Assembly (NCBI GenBank): GCA_000505065.1
Contig: AWSN01000001.1
Coordinates: 339,647-403,646 of the forward strand
Direction of reading: 5' to 3'
DNA length: 64,000 nucleotides
DNA from: Parcubacteria bacterium RAAC4_OD1_1
Lineage (GTDB): Bacteria > Patescibacteriota > Minisyncoccia > Phycocordibacterales > UBA9973
The notes under the pieces were generated by a model, which saw only the letters and a list, made by a program, of their open reading frames with translations, searched no databases and had not been told where the DNA came from. Within the stretch, counting starts at the first letter, position 1. Every line of letters starts with the position of its first letter. Both the position numbers and the translations under genes were made by a program. Below are positions 29,449-39,941 of the stretch, piece after piece.

Positions 29449-30672
29449 TTAAGATTTTTTGAAATTCTTATATTTATTAAGAATTTTAATTAAAGAAGAA
29501 ATAAGATAGTCTATATCCATCTTTTTAGTCCCCCGTCCAAGAGAGATACGAACAGATCCTTCTTCTTTATTTTTAGAACAAGTTTTTCTTATTGCTTTAA
29601 TAACATATGAGGAATTTTCATCGCTAGAGTGGCAAGCACTTTTCTCGGACACTTCTATCCCCATAGCATCAAGCTCTACAACCAAAAGTTCACTAGATAT
29701 CCCTAATACTGAAATATTTATATTATTGGGAAGTCTAGCATCTTTATCTCCATTTAAAATAATTTTATATCCTGTTTTTTCTCTTATATAATTTATATTA
29801 TTTATAAAATAATTACGAATTTGTATTAATCTTTTTGATTCTTTTTCTTTTATTAATTCAGTAATTTCTAATGCCTTTGCAAGACCTACAATACTTGAAA
29901 CATTTTCTGTCCCCGAACGTAATCCCATTTCCTGTCCTCCACCTTTATATATTGGAGATATATTTATATTTCTTTTTTTATAAAGTACTCCAATACCCTT
30001 TGGTCCATAAATTTTTGCTCCATTAAAAGACATCATATCTACTCCTAATTTTTCAATATTGGAAATAAACAAATAATTTAAGGCCTGACAAGCATCAGTA
30101 TGAAAAATAGGAAAAGTTTTATTATTATGTTTTTTATAATGTCTAATCTCTTTTGCAATCTCTTCTATTTTTTGAATTGTACCTATTTCATTATTTGCAT
30201 ACATAATAGAAACCAGGATAGTATTGTCTTTAATAACATCTTTAATATCTTTTGGATTTATGATTCCATCTTTATCTGGATTTATATATGTTACCTCTAC
30301 CTCTTTTTTTTCTTCTAAAAGTTTACAATTTTCAAGTACAGCCGGATGTTCTATTGTTGAAGTAATAATATGTGGAATAATATTTCCATTAATAGATCTA
30401 AAATATTCTATGGTCCCCAAAATAGCGAGAGCGTCACTCTCTGTACCACTTCCAGTAAAGAATATCTCATCACTGTGAGCATTTATAATTCTAGCTATTT
30501 TTTCTCTTGACTCTTCTATTTTTTCTCTCACCCTAACCCCAAGAGTGTGTATAGAATTTGGATTTGCATAAAGAGAATTCGTCTCTCGCATAACAAAAGA
30601 AACCCGTTTATCAATTGGACAAGAAGAGGCGTAATCTAAATATATTCTTTTTTTATTAAATAAATTAATCAT
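29449..30672 (-). CDS. iscS: cysteine desulfurase (IscS/NifS family)
   Basis: YLDYAS, NPNSIH, SGTES, ANNEIG, HTDACQ, KIYGPKG, RSGTEN, SACHS. Confidence 0.93.
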   Translation of the reverse strand: MINLFNKKRIYLDYASSCPIDKRVSFVMRETNSLYANPNSIHTLGVRVREKIEESREKIARIINAHSDEIFFTGSGTESDALAILGTIEYFRSINGNIIPHIITSTIEHPAVLENCKLLEEKKEVEVTYINPDKDGIINPKDIKDVIKDNTILVSIMYANNEIGTIQKIEEIAKEIRHYKKHNNKTFPIFHTDACQALNYLFISNIEKLGVDMMSFNGAKIYGPKGIGVLYKKRNINISPIYKGGGQEMGLRSGTENVSSIVGLAKALEITELIKEKESKRLIQIRNYFINNINYIREKTGYKIILNGDKDARLPNNINISVLGISSELLVVELDAMGIEVSEKSACHSSDENSSYVIKAIRKTCSKNKEEGSVRISLGRGTKKMDIDYLISSLIKILNKYKNFKKS

Positions 30673-30739
30673 ATTGCTACACAATATAATATAGCACAAC
30701 ATTGTAAAAAAGGCTTTATTGGTATATACTCTTAAAGTT

Positions 30740-31186
30740 ATGACTATTTCTATTTTAATTTATATATTAGTGGTACTTATTATAATACTTTTAGTATGGA
30801 ACACACTTCTAGAAAGAAGGTTTAAAAGGCTTTTTATGGGAACAAAAGCAAAAGATTTAGAAGAAATTATGATATACCTAGGTAAACAAGTAGAAAATAT
30901 TAAAAACAGCCAGATCGATACAAAAAAACATTTAAATATTATAGATTCTAGATTAGATAAAACAGTTAGAAATGTAGAAATGATAAGATTTAATCCATTT
31001 ATAGATGCCGGAAGCAATCAAAGTTTTGCAATAGCATTTATAAACGATGAAGGAGATGGGGTTGTAATGTCTAGTCTTTATGCTAGAGATAGAATGAGTA
31101 TTTTTGCTAAACCAATAAATAAAGGCAAATCAACTTTTGAATTATCAACAGAAGAAAAAGAAGTTTTAGAAAAAGCTTTAAAATAA
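30740..31186 (+). CDS. DUF4446 family protein
   Basis: N-terminal TM, IRFNPF..GSNQSF, SSLYAR, LSTEE. Confidence 0.8.
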   Translation: MTISILIYILVVLIIILLVWNTLLERRFKRLFMGTKAKDLEEIMIYLGKQVENIKNSQIDTKKHLNIIDSRLDKTVRNVEMIRFNPFIDAGSNQSFAIAFINDEGDGVVMSSLYARDRMSIFAKPINKGKSTFELSTEEKEVLEKALK

Positions 31187-31189
31187 ATT

Positions 31190-32707
31190 ATGAATGATAA
31201 AGATCCACAAAAAAATATTATTAAAACCAAAAGACCACCAGTAGTGGTTGTTATGGGGCATGTGGATCATGGTAAATCTACCTTGCTTGATTATATAAGA
31301 AAAACAAATATAGTAGCCGGAGAGGCTGGTGGTATCACTCAACACATCAGTGCTTATGAAGTCAATCACAAAGATGAAAATAAAAATGATAGAAAAATTA
31401 CTTTTCTAGATACCCCAGGTCATGAAGCCTTTTCAAAAATGAGAGAACGTGGAGCAATGGCTGCAGATATCGCTATACTTGTAGTTTCAGCTGAAGATTC
31501 TGTTAAAGCTCAGACAATAGAAGCTTACAATACAATAATAGAAAGCAAGACACCTTATATTGTAGCTATAAATAAAATAGATAGACCAAATGCCAATGTA
31601 GAAAAAACCAAAATGGATCTAGTGGAAAAAGGTATATATCTCGAAGGTCTAGGTGGAGATATTTCATACGTAATGATATCAGCAAAAACTGGAGCTGGTA
31701 TAAATGATCTTTTAGATATGATAATACTTGTTTCTGATATGAATGACTTTACTGGTAATAATGAAATTCCAGCAAGTGGATTTATCATTGAAGCAAATAG
31801 AGATCCTAAAAGAGGAGTAACTGCCACTTGTGTAATAAAAAATGGAACAATAAAATCTGGGATGTTTGTAGTCGCAGGTACTGCTTTAGTAACAACAAGA
31901 ATAATGGAAAACTTTATGGGTAAAATAATAAAAGAAGCTACTTTTTCATCCCCTATTAGACTAGTTGGATTCGAATCTTTACCTCAAGTTGGATCATCTT
32001 TTGAATCATTTAATACAAAAAAAGAAGCAGAAGCTTATATAGAAATGATTAAAAATGAAACTATAAATAAATGTAAAAATAACCAATTTGAAAATGAAAC
32101 AAAAAAAATTATCCCAATATTAATAAAAACAGATGTATCAGGGACAGTTGAAGCAATAGAAAAAGAAATAAACAAACTAAATAATGAAGAAATATGTTTC
32201 AAAATAATCGGATCTGGGATAGGAGCTATTAATGAATCTGATTTAAAACTTGCCGGAATAAACAAAGAAGGTATTATTGTTGGTTTTGGGGTCAAAATGG
32301 ACAATGCTTCTAAAGATTTAAATGAATCACTTGGTGTAAATATAAAATTATTTGATATTATTTACAAACTAACAGACTGGCTAAAAGAACTTATAGAAGA
32401 AAGAAGACCAAGACAAGAAATCAAAGAAATAATAGGAGAACTGAAAGTTCTTAAAATATTTGGAGAAACAAAAGGAAAAAGAGTTATTGGTGGTAAGGTG
32501 ATAAAAGGAAGAATTGCTCAAGGCTCTAATATAAAAATAATACGAAGAGATTTTGAAATAGGAACAGGGAAAATTGTCGAGCTACAATTAAATAAAATAA
32601 AAGTAAAAGAGGTGTTAGAAGATACCGAGTGTGGAGCTCTTATAGAAACAAAAGTAGATGTATCGAGCGGAGATATACTTGAATCATTTTTAATGACCTT
32701 AAAATAA
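31190..32707 (+). CDS. infB: translation initiation factor IF-2 (short form)
   Basis: RPPVVVVMGHVDHGKS, EAGGITQHI, DTPGHEAF, NKID. Confidence 0.97.
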   Translation: MNDKDPQKNIIKTKRPPVVVVMGHVDHGKSTLLDYIRKTNIVAGEAGGITQHISAYEVNHKDENKNDRKITFLDTPGHEAFSKMRERGAMAADIAILVVSAEDSVKAQTIEAYNTIIESKTPYIVAINKIDRPNANVEKTKMDLVEKGIYLEGLGGDISYVMISAKTGAGINDLLDMIILVSDMNDFTGNNEIPASGFIIEANRDPKRGVTATCVIKNGTIKSGMFVVAGTALVTTRIMENFMGKIIKEATFSSPIRLVGFESLPQVGSSFESFNTKKEAEAYIEMIKNETINKCKNNQFENETKKIIPILIKTDVSGTVEAIEKEINKLNNEEICFKIIGSGIGAINESDLKLAGINKEGIIVGFGVKMDNASKDLNESLGVNIKLFDIIYKLTDWLKELIEERRPRQEIKEIIGELKVLKIFGETKGKRVIGGKVIKGRIAQGSNIKIIRRDFEIGTGKIVELQLNKIKVKEVLEDTECGALIETKVDVSSGDILESFLMTLK

Positions 32708-32715
32708 TTAATAAA

Positions 32716-33042
32716 ATGTCTAATTTTAGAGATATAAAAATAGAAAATAGAGTAAAAGAATTATCTGCTAGCTTTATTGAAAGAGAAGCTAGCCCTTCTT
32801 CTCTTATTACTGTCACAAGAGTACTGATGAGCAAAGACAGTAAAAAGGCTAAAATTATGATAAGCGTTTTGCCTAAAGAAAAAGAAAATGCGGCTTATGG
32901 ATTTATAAAAAGAAATTTAGGAGAAATGAGAAAATACATATCTTCAAGTCTAAAAATAAATCCTATCCCCTTTTTAGATGTAGAAATAGACGAAGGAGAA
33001 AAAAATCGCCAAAAAATTGACGAATTGCTAAATAATAGTTAG
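32716..33042 (+). CDS. rbfA: ribosome-binding factor A
   Basis: Follows infB; ITVTRV..SKD...AK, P.L. Confidence 0.88.
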   Translation: MSNFRDIKIENRVKELSASFIEREASPSSLITVTRVLMSKDSKKAKIMISVLPKEKENAAYGFIKRNLGEMRKYISSSLKINPIPFLDVEIDEGEKNRQKIDELLNNS

Positions 33043-33060
33043 TATTAAACTACTGAGAAG

Positions 33061-33179
33061 AAAATCTACACCAAATAGCTCTTCTCAAAATGCACACATA
33101 ATTTTCTGCTGAAAATTTGCTCTGCTCGGCTCGACAGCCTGCGCAAGGCATTTCTCAAAGACTATTTGGTTTCGATTTT
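33061..33179 (-). repeat. dispersed palindromic repeat, family A (inverted)
   Basis: Reverse complement matches 4285-4380 over about 95 bp but has a different outer IR. Confidence 0.85.
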
Positions 33180-33187
33180 TAAATATC

Positions 33188-33259
33188 GGCGTGGTAGCCA
33201 AGTGGTAAGGCAGAGATCTGCAAAATCTCTATGCAGCGGTTCAATTCCGCTCCACGCCT
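33188..33259 (+). tRNA. tRNA-Cys(GCA)
   Basis: GGCGTGG...CCACGCC-T with anticodon loop CTGCAAA. Confidence 0.95.
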
Positions 33260-33304
33260 CAAAAAAAATGCATTACTTCTTTCACAAAGCAATGCATTTT
33301 TATT

Positions 33305-33736
33305 TTAATCCGCCAGAACTGTTTCGGCTGTTTTAAAGTACCACATATACGCCAATATTTCTGCTAAAAATAGTATTGTCGCAATTGCAATACCAAACAT
33401 CACTCCAAAAAAGAAACAGGAGATCAGATTAATCATGCAGGCTGCGGCAAATCCCACAAAAAGACTTGCCGACATGTATCCGCTTTTGAATAATGCAAAT
33501 ATGCTTTGCAAAAATAAATACAAAAAAGCGTAAACAAAAAACAACTGGAACTTCACTCCCACAGAATCCCAGTATGACAAATTGCCGAAACTGAAATCTT
33601 GTGGTTCGAATTTTGCATAGAATCCAATCAGCAATTTGTATAAAACAAAAGCTGAAATTAAAAAGAATAGTACCCTTGTACTTACCTTGTAAGCCATAGA
33701 GTTTGACAATTCATTTTGGTTCATTTTTTGAAACAT
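33305..33736 (-). CDS. hypothetical 4-TM membrane protein between two tRNAs
   Basis: Hydrophobic ORF with its own TTGACA-N16-TAAACT promoter and a hairpin terminator. Confidence 0.65.
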   Translation of the reverse strand: MFQKMNQNELSNSMAYKVSTRVLFFLISAFVLYKLLIGFYAKFEPQDFSFGNLSYWDSVGVKFQLFFVYAFLYLFLQSIFALFKSGYMSASLFVGFAAACMINLISCFFFGVMFGIAIATILFLAEILAYMWYFKTAETVLAD

Positions 33737-33811
33737 TTAATTTTAATATGAGTTTACATCTAAAATAAAATTTGTCAATATTTGTTTTTTTTGTTATTAT
33801 CTCTTTTATAA

Positions 33812-33895
33812 GCCGGGGTGGCGAAATTGGCAGACGCACTTGCCTTAGGAGCAAGCGGAAGAAATTCCATGGAGGTTCAAGTCCTCTCCCCGGCA
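33812..33895 (+). tRNA. tRNA-Leu(TAG)
   Basis: Anticodon loop CTTAGGA and long variable arm. Confidence 0.95.
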
Positions 33896-33938
33896 CAATT
33901 TATTGCAAAAATAGCCAGAGTATGCTAATATACTAATT

Positions 33939-34172
33939 ATGACGATTATTGCTAATATATTACCTTATTTGCAGATTATTTTATCTATAATACTTGTAGT
34001 TGCTATTCTATTTCAGCAATCCAATGCTGGTGTAGGTGGTGCTTTAGGAGGAGGAGATGGAGATGGACTATATCACACACGTAGAGGTTTTGATAAGTTT
34101 ATTTTTATGGTTACTATAGTTATATCTATCCTCTTTGCTATTTCTGCAATAATCGCTGTTTTAATTAAATAA
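33939..34172 (+). CDS. secG: preprotein translocase subunit SecG
   Basis: 2 TM with ILFQQSNAGVGGALGG...TRRG. Confidence 0.92.
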   Translation: MTIIANILPYLQIILSIILVVAILFQQSNAGVGGALGGGDGDGLYHTRRGFDKFIFMVTIVISILFAISAIIAVLIK

Positions 34173-34213
34173 CTTAATTTTAAATAAATAAGTTATTTGT
34201 TCTGAATGCATTT

Positions 34214-36007
34214 ATGCATAATTTAATCTCATTTCTAAAAGAATTTAAATTTTATAAAAAAGATGAAATCTTAGAAAGCATAGCATCTTTCAAAAAAAGA
34301 GAGCTTTTGTTATTCATATCTATTTTTATAGTAACTTTTACATCATTTGTATTACTTATAAGTAAAATAAACAATACTTTTAGCATAGAAGTACCTACTG
34401 ATGGTGGTAGTGTAACCGAGGGTATTATAGGTATGACAAATCTAGTAAATCCAGTACTTGCCACTTCTGATGCAGATAAAGATTTAACCCTACTCGTATA
34501 TTCAGGGTTAATGAGAAAAAGCATAGATGGTACCCTAATCCCAGATCTAGCAGAAGAATACCCCACCATATCTACAGATGGCAAAACTTATACATTTAAA
34601 ATACGAGGTGATGCAAAATTTCATAATGGCGTTGAAGTTAAATCAGATGATATAATTTTTACAATAGAAAAAATTAAAGACTCTTCAATAAAAAGTCCAA
34701 AGAAAATAATTTGGGATAATATAAATATTAAAAAAATAGATGAAAAAACAATAGAATTTATTCTTCCAGAACCATATATATACTTCTTAGATAACACCAC
34801 ACTAGGTATACTTCCATCTTCTTTATGGAAAAAGGTAAATTCTTCAGAATTTGGAATCTCACCTTTAAACATAAAAGCTGTAGGTTCTGGTCCATATAAA
34901 ATAAAATCAGTTAAAAAAGACAACGATGGGATACCAGAAAAATATGAATTAGAAAGTTTTAATAATTTTACACTCGGTAAACCTCACATCAAATATCTCA
35001 CCATTATATCTTATGCAAATGAAAAAGATCTCATCAAAGCTCTAAATTCTGGATCTATAGATCAAGCTAATGGTATAAGTGCAAATAACATAAAAAATAT
35101 AAATGAGAATGATTTCAATATTACAACAGCAACACTCTCTAGATTATTTGGATTATTTTTTAATAATACAGACAACAAAATATTAGAAGATACATCTGTA
35201 ATTAAAGCAATAAACCTAAGTTTGGACAGAAATATTATAATAGAACAAGTCTTGGGTGGGTATGGTACCCCCATAAACAACCCTGTTCCAGAAAGTATCG
35301 TCAACTATAACGACAATATCCTCTCAAATAAAATTGAAGCTGTAAGTTTATTAGAAAAAGCAGGATGGACACTAAGAGAAGATGGTTTTAGAGCAAAAGG
35401 AGGAGATGTCGTGACCACTCAAACTAAAAAAGTAAATGGCAAAACAATAAAACAAGAAGTAAAAACCAATACTCCACTTACTAATCTTGTAATATCCATA
35501 ACCACAGGCGACACTCCAGAATTAAGAACTACAGCAATACTCGTCAAAGAACAATTAGAGCAAATAGGTATAAAAGTTGAAATTAAAAAAGTTTTTGAAA
35601 CAGGACAATTAAATCAAATAATAAGAGATCGTGATTATGAAGTATTACTTTTTGGACAAGTAGTAAACAATGAATCTGATCTTTATTCATTCTGGCATTC
35701 ATCTCAAAAGAATGATCCGGGGTTAAATATTGCAATGTATAATAATAAAAAAGTTGATACATTATTAGAATCTGTTCAAAATATATTATCTTTTGAACAG
35801 AGATTACCAAAATATGAGGATTTGTATAAAGAATTTAATTTAAACATTCCTGCAGTATTTATATACTCACCAAAATATTTATATATAACATCAAAGAAAT
35901 TAAATAACGTGTCCTTAGACACAATAAGAACTCAGTCAGACAGATTCCTATCTATATACGAATGGTATGCAGACAAAGATAATGTTTGGAAAGTTTTTGA
36001 AAAATAA
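34214..36007 (+). CDS. ABC peptide substrate-binding protein (SBP_bac_5)
   Basis: LVYSGL, PDLAE, YTFKIR...FHNG..V..DDI.FT, GSGPYK. Confidence 0.9.
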   Translation: MHNLISFLKEFKFYKKDEILESIASFKKRELLLFISIFIVTFTSFVLLISKINNTFSIEVPTDGGSVTEGIIGMTNLVNPVLATSDADKDLTLLVYSGLMRKSIDGTLIPDLAEEYPTISTDGKTYTFKIRGDAKFHNGVEVKSDDIIFTIEKIKDSSIKSPKKIIWDNINIKKIDEKTIEFILPEPYIYFLDNTTLGILPSSLWKKVNSSEFGISPLNIKAVGSGPYKIKSVKKDNDGIPEKYELESFNNFTLGKPHIKYLTIISYANEKDLIKALNSGSIDQANGISANNIKNINENDFNITTATLSRLFGLFFNNTDNKILEDTSVIKAINLSLDRNIIIEQVLGGYGTPINNPVPESIVNYNDNILSNKIEAVSLLEKAGWTLREDGFRAKGGDVVTTQTKKVNGKTIKQEVKTNTPLTNLVISITTGDTPELRTTAILVKEQLEQIGIKVEIKKVFETGQLNQIIRDRDYEVLLFGQVVNNESDLYSFWHSSQKNDPGLNIAMYNNKKVDTLLESVQNILSFEQRLPKYEDLYKEFNLNIPAVFIYSPKYLYITSKKLNNVSLDTIRTQSDRFLSIYEWYADKDNVWKVFEK

Positions 36008-36008
36008 A

Positions 36009-38078
36009 ATGAATACACAAAAAAATATAAAACATAATAACAATATAAATAGAAAGAATTTTATCAATAGAAATAAAATAAACTCCATAAGAGTACTTCA
36101 TAAAGAAGGGTCTCCTGCCAAGATGCCTATAATTAAAAGTAGCTCTTTTGTTGCTGAAAGTATAAATGCATTTAAAAAAGAAGATTCACGTACAATACAA
36201 AATATACAAAAAAAAATAGTACACTCAAATAATCATATAAACAACAATCCAAATAATAAAAATAATAGAAATATTAAGGGTAGCTATCAATATTCCACAA
36301 ATAGAAGACCAAAACATAACAATATAGATACGTCTTCAAATAAAAATCTAAATAATAGAGATATCTTTAAAAGAAAAACAAACCTTATACCAAAACCTGA
36401 TGCTGGAGTTATACGAATAATTCCACTAGGTGGAGTTGAAGAAATTGGTAAAAATATGACAGCTATTGAGATAGGAGAAGACATTATAGTTATAGATGCT
36501 GGTATGCAATTTAAAACAGAAGATACCCCAGGAATAGACTACATCATACCAAATACAACATATCTAGAAGAAAGAAAAGATAAAATAAGAGCAATGTTCG
36601 TCACTCATGGTCACCTAGACCATATAGGTGGTATACCTCTTGTCATGAGCAGAATTGGTAATCCCCCACTGTATTCTAGAAACTTAAGTATTTTGATGAT
36701 AAAAAAACGTCAAGAAGAATTTCCTCATCTTCCAGCACTCAATGTAAACATAGTGGAAAAAGACTCAGTAATATATGCTGGAAATATTAGGGTTAGATTC
36801 TTTGGTGTGACTCACACTGTTCCTGACTCAATGGGTCTCATAATAGAAACCCCTTATGGCTCAATAGTAACCCCAGGAGACTATAAACTCGATCAAATAG
36901 ATGGAAAAGTCACAGAAGAAGAGGAGAAAGAGTATTCTATTTTTGAAAAAGAGAAAGTTTTACTTTTACTTACTGATTCTACTAATATCGAAAATGAAGG
37001 TTTTGCACTACCTGAAGTAAAAGTCCATGAAGGTCTTAGTAAATTGATAAGAGGTATCAGTGGACGTATTATTATAGCAGCATTTGCTTCACACATAACT
37101 AGACTTGTAAAAGTTATAGAAGTTGCAGAATCTTTAGGTAAAAAAGTAATCCTAGACGGTAGATCACTTAAAACCAATATGGAAGTCTGTGAACAAGCAG
37201 GAATTTTCAAACCAAAAAAAGGCACAATGATACCTCTTGAAGATGTAGAGAAATATCCTCCAAATAAAATTGTTATCTTGATGACAGGAGCCCAGGGTGA
37301 AGAATTTGCAGCATTAAATAGAGCAGCCAATAAGACCCATAAAAAATTTACAATCAGAAAAGGAGACACCATAATACTTTCTGCTTCTATTGTTCCAGGA
37401 AATGAAATGTCTGTTCAGCATTTAAAAGATAATCTTGCTCGTCACGGAGTAAGAATAATAAGTTATAGAACAAGTGAAGAATATATCCATGCAACAGGAC
37501 ATGGAAATCAAGAAGATATCAAATGGCTACACAATAAACTAAAAGCTAAATTCTTTATTCCTATACACGGGCATCATTCTATGCTTGTAAAACATAAAGA
37601 GCTTGCAATATCTTGGGGGGTAAAAGAAGAAAATATAATTGTCCCAGACAATGGTTCTATAATCGAAATCATAGATAATGGTAATAAAATAATTTTAAGA
37701 AAAGAAAAAGCTCCATCAGGTCCTATGCTGGTAGATGGTTTCTCTGTGGGAGATGAGCAAGATGTAGTTATAAGGGATAGAGTAATGCTTGCTCAAGATG
37801 GTATGTTTGTCCTTATTGCTACGATAGATTCATCAAATGGTAAACTCAAAAAATCTCCAGACATTATATCTCGTGGTTTTATATATTTAAAAGAAAATCA
37901 AGAATTACTTCATCAAGTAAGACTTATTGTAAAGAAAACTATTGAAGATGGTGCTAGAGGAATGCACCCTATAAATCTAGATGTTATAAAAACAAACCTA
38001 GGAGATAATGTTTCTAAATTCTTATATCAAAAAACAGCCAAAAGACCACTTGTAATCCCCGTATTATTAAATATATAA
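36009..38078 (+). CDS. rnj: ribonuclease J with long Asn/Lys-rich N-terminal extension
   Basis: PLGGVEEIGKNM, THGHLDHIG, DSTN, TGAQGE, HATGH, PIHG. Confidence 0.95.
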   Translation: MNTQKNIKHNNNINRKNFINRNKINSIRVLHKEGSPAKMPIIKSSSFVAESINAFKKEDSRTIQNIQKKIVHSNNHINNNPNNKNNRNIKGSYQYSTNRRPKHNNIDTSSNKNLNNRDIFKRKTNLIPKPDAGVIRIIPLGGVEEIGKNMTAIEIGEDIIVIDAGMQFKTEDTPGIDYIIPNTTYLEERKDKIRAMFVTHGHLDHIGGIPLVMSRIGNPPLYSRNLSILMIKKRQEEFPHLPALNVNIVEKDSVIYAGNIRVRFFGVTHTVPDSMGLIIETPYGSIVTPGDYKLDQIDGKVTEEEEKEYSIFEKEKVLLLLTDSTNIENEGFALPEVKVHEGLSKLIRGISGRIIIAAFASHITRLVKVIEVAESLGKKVILDGRSLKTNMEVCEQAGIFKPKKGTMIPLEDVEKYPPNKIVILMTGAQGEEFAALNRAANKTHKKFTIRKGDTIILSASIVPGNEMSVQHLKDNLARHGVRIISYRTSEEYIHATGHGNQEDIKWLHNKLKAKFFIPIHGHHSMLVKHKELAISWGVKEENIIVPDNGSIIEIIDNGNKIILRKEKAPSGPMLVDGFSVGDEQDVVIRDRVMLAQDGMFVLIATIDSSNGKLKKSPDIISRGFIYLKENQELLHQVRLIVKKTIEDGARGMHPINLDVIKTNLGDNVSKFLYQKTAKRPLVIPVLLNI

Positions 38079-38084
38079 TATAAA

Positions 38085-39260
38085 ATGACAAACAAATTAA
38101 ATAAAATGTATTTGGTTTCGTTTATTTTTACTCTTCATATTGCTCTTTCGGCATATGTCAATTCAACATTTTTAGTTAGTATTATGTCTGAAAAATATGT
38201 TGGGATATTATACACAGTAGCATCTCTTGTCACACTTATATTACTTACAAATAGCTCAAAAATATTAAAAAATTTTGGAAACAAAAAAATAACTTTAATT
38301 TTTCTATTTATAAACATTTTGTCATTAATAGGACTCATTGTATCAAAAAATCCAATCATAACAGGAACTTCTTTTGTTCTTTTTATGTCTACTAACACTT
38401 TGGTCCTTTTCTGTATTGATATTTTCATAGAACATTTTAGTGATCAAACAAAAACTGGTAAAACAAGAGGTACATATCTCACTATAATAAACATTGCATG
38501 GATGCTATCCCCCCTTATTTCCACATTCATTATGACAAAAGAAGGAGGATATCAGACTATTTATTCTATCTCACTTATAATGGCAATCCTTATGATGATA
38601 AGTCTTATTTTTTCAGTAAAAACATTTAAAGACAGAACATACAAAAGAACACCATTTTTTGAAACATTTTATTTTATTAAGAAAAATAAAGGAATAGAAG
38701 CAATAGTCATAATAAACTTCATATTACAATTCTTTTTCTCTTGGATGGTTGTCTACACTCCGCTTTACCTATATGATCACATAGGTCTTAACTGGACACA
38801 AATCGGTAGTATATTTACTGTTATGCTTGCTCCTTTTGTTATCCTTGGACTTCCTGTAGGTATTTTAATAGACCGATACAAAATAAGCAAAAAAAAGTTA
38901 CTAAAAATTGGACTTTTAACAATGATAATATCTACATCTATAATATCTATAGTATCCACAAAAGAAGTTGTAATATGGGCAATAATATTATTTTTTACTA
39001 GAGTTGGAGCAAGTATCATAGAAACCACTAGTGAAATATATTTTTTCTCAAAAATAAAGGAAGATGATGCATATCTTTTAGGGATTTTTAGAGATATGAA
39101 TCCTGTAGCATATATTATAGGTCCAATTATAGCTACAGTTATCCTTATAATATTCCCTTTTCAATATTTATTTCTCATATTGGGAATAATCATCATATCA
39201 GGATTTTATTATGTATCTAAGTTAGAAAAAGAAAATGGAATACCCAATCAGAATAAATAA
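38085..39260 (+). CDS. MFS transporter
   Basis: 12 TM helices; GILIDRY motif-A-like. Confidence 0.85.
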   Translation: MTNKLNKMYLVSFIFTLHIALSAYVNSTFLVSIMSEKYVGILYTVASLVTLILLTNSSKILKNFGNKKITLIFLFINILSLIGLIVSKNPIITGTSFVLFMSTNTLVLFCIDIFIEHFSDQTKTGKTRGTYLTIINIAWMLSPLISTFIMTKEGGYQTIYSISLIMAILMMISLIFSVKTFKDRTYKRTPFFETFYFIKKNKGIEAIVIINFILQFFFSWMVVYTPLYLYDHIGLNWTQIGSIFTVMLAPFVILGLPVGILIDRYKISKKKLLKIGLLTMIISTSIISIVSTKEVVIWAIILFFTRVGASIIETTSEIYFFSKIKEDDAYLLGIFRDMNPVAYIIGPIIATVILIIFPFQYLFLILGIIIISGFYYVSKLEKENGIPNQNK

Positions 39261-39933
39261 ATATTTGTCATTAAACAAAATAACAACAAGAAGAGAGGCT
39301 GATTCTTTAATAGAAAAAGGTTTAATTTTTATAAATGGGAGAAAAGCAAAATTAGGAGATAAGGTACAAGAAAATGACAAAATAGAAGTTTCAGAAAGTG
39401 TACTTAACAAAAAATATTTATATTATGCTTATAATAAACCTATAGGTATCTCTACAAATAAAGATTCTGGGGTCAAAGATATAATATCAGTCACCAAATT
39501 TCCTACAAAAGTATTTCCTGTGGGTAGATTAGATAAAGACTCTCACGGATTAATAATTATGACAAACGATGGCCGAACAACAGATAGACTACTTTCTCCT
39601 AAATATTTTCACGATAAAGAATATATAGTAAAAGTAGAACCAAATATAACAGAGAAATTTATAGAACTTATGGGGAGTGGTGTTAGATTTGATAAATATG
39701 TAAGTAAAAAATGTAAAGTTTGGTTTATAAATAAAAATACATTTAATATCATACTTACTGAAGGAAAAAAAAGACAGATAAGAAGAATGAGTGAAGCTCT
39801 TCATCATAATGTAACAGATTTAAAACGAATAAGAATAATGAATATAAAATTAGGTAATATAAAAGAAGGAGAATATAGAGAAATAAAAGGTAAAGAATTA
39901 GAAGAGTTTCTAAAACTTCTTAATTTAAATTAA
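39235..39933 (+). CDS. rRNA pseudouridine synthase (RsuA/RluB/RluF family)
   Basis: S4 domain, YNKP.G, GRLDKDSHGL, EGKKRQIRRM. Confidence 0.93.
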   Translation: MEYPIRINKYLSLNKITTRREADSLIEKGLIFINGRKAKLGDKVQENDKIEVSESVLNKKYLYYAYNKPIGISTNKDSGVKDIISVTKFPTKVFPVGRLDKDSHGLIIMTNDGRTTDRLLSPKYFHDKEYIVKVEPNITEKFIELMGSGVRFDKYVSKKCKVWFINKNTFNIILTEGKKRQIRRMSEALHHNVTDLKRIRIMNIKLGNIKEGEYREIKGKELEEFLKLLNLN

Positions 39934-39941
39934 ATAAACTA

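Noticed and set aside
24697-33895. tRNA-Tyr, -Cys and -Leu lack encoded CCA (each is followed by CAA)
   Set aside because: This is common in bacteria with a CCA-adding enzyme and is not evidence of pseudogenes.
36009-36400. Asn/Lys-rich N-terminal extension of RNase J as a separate element
   Set aside because: It is an in-frame low-complexity disordered tail with no repeat or insertion boundary.
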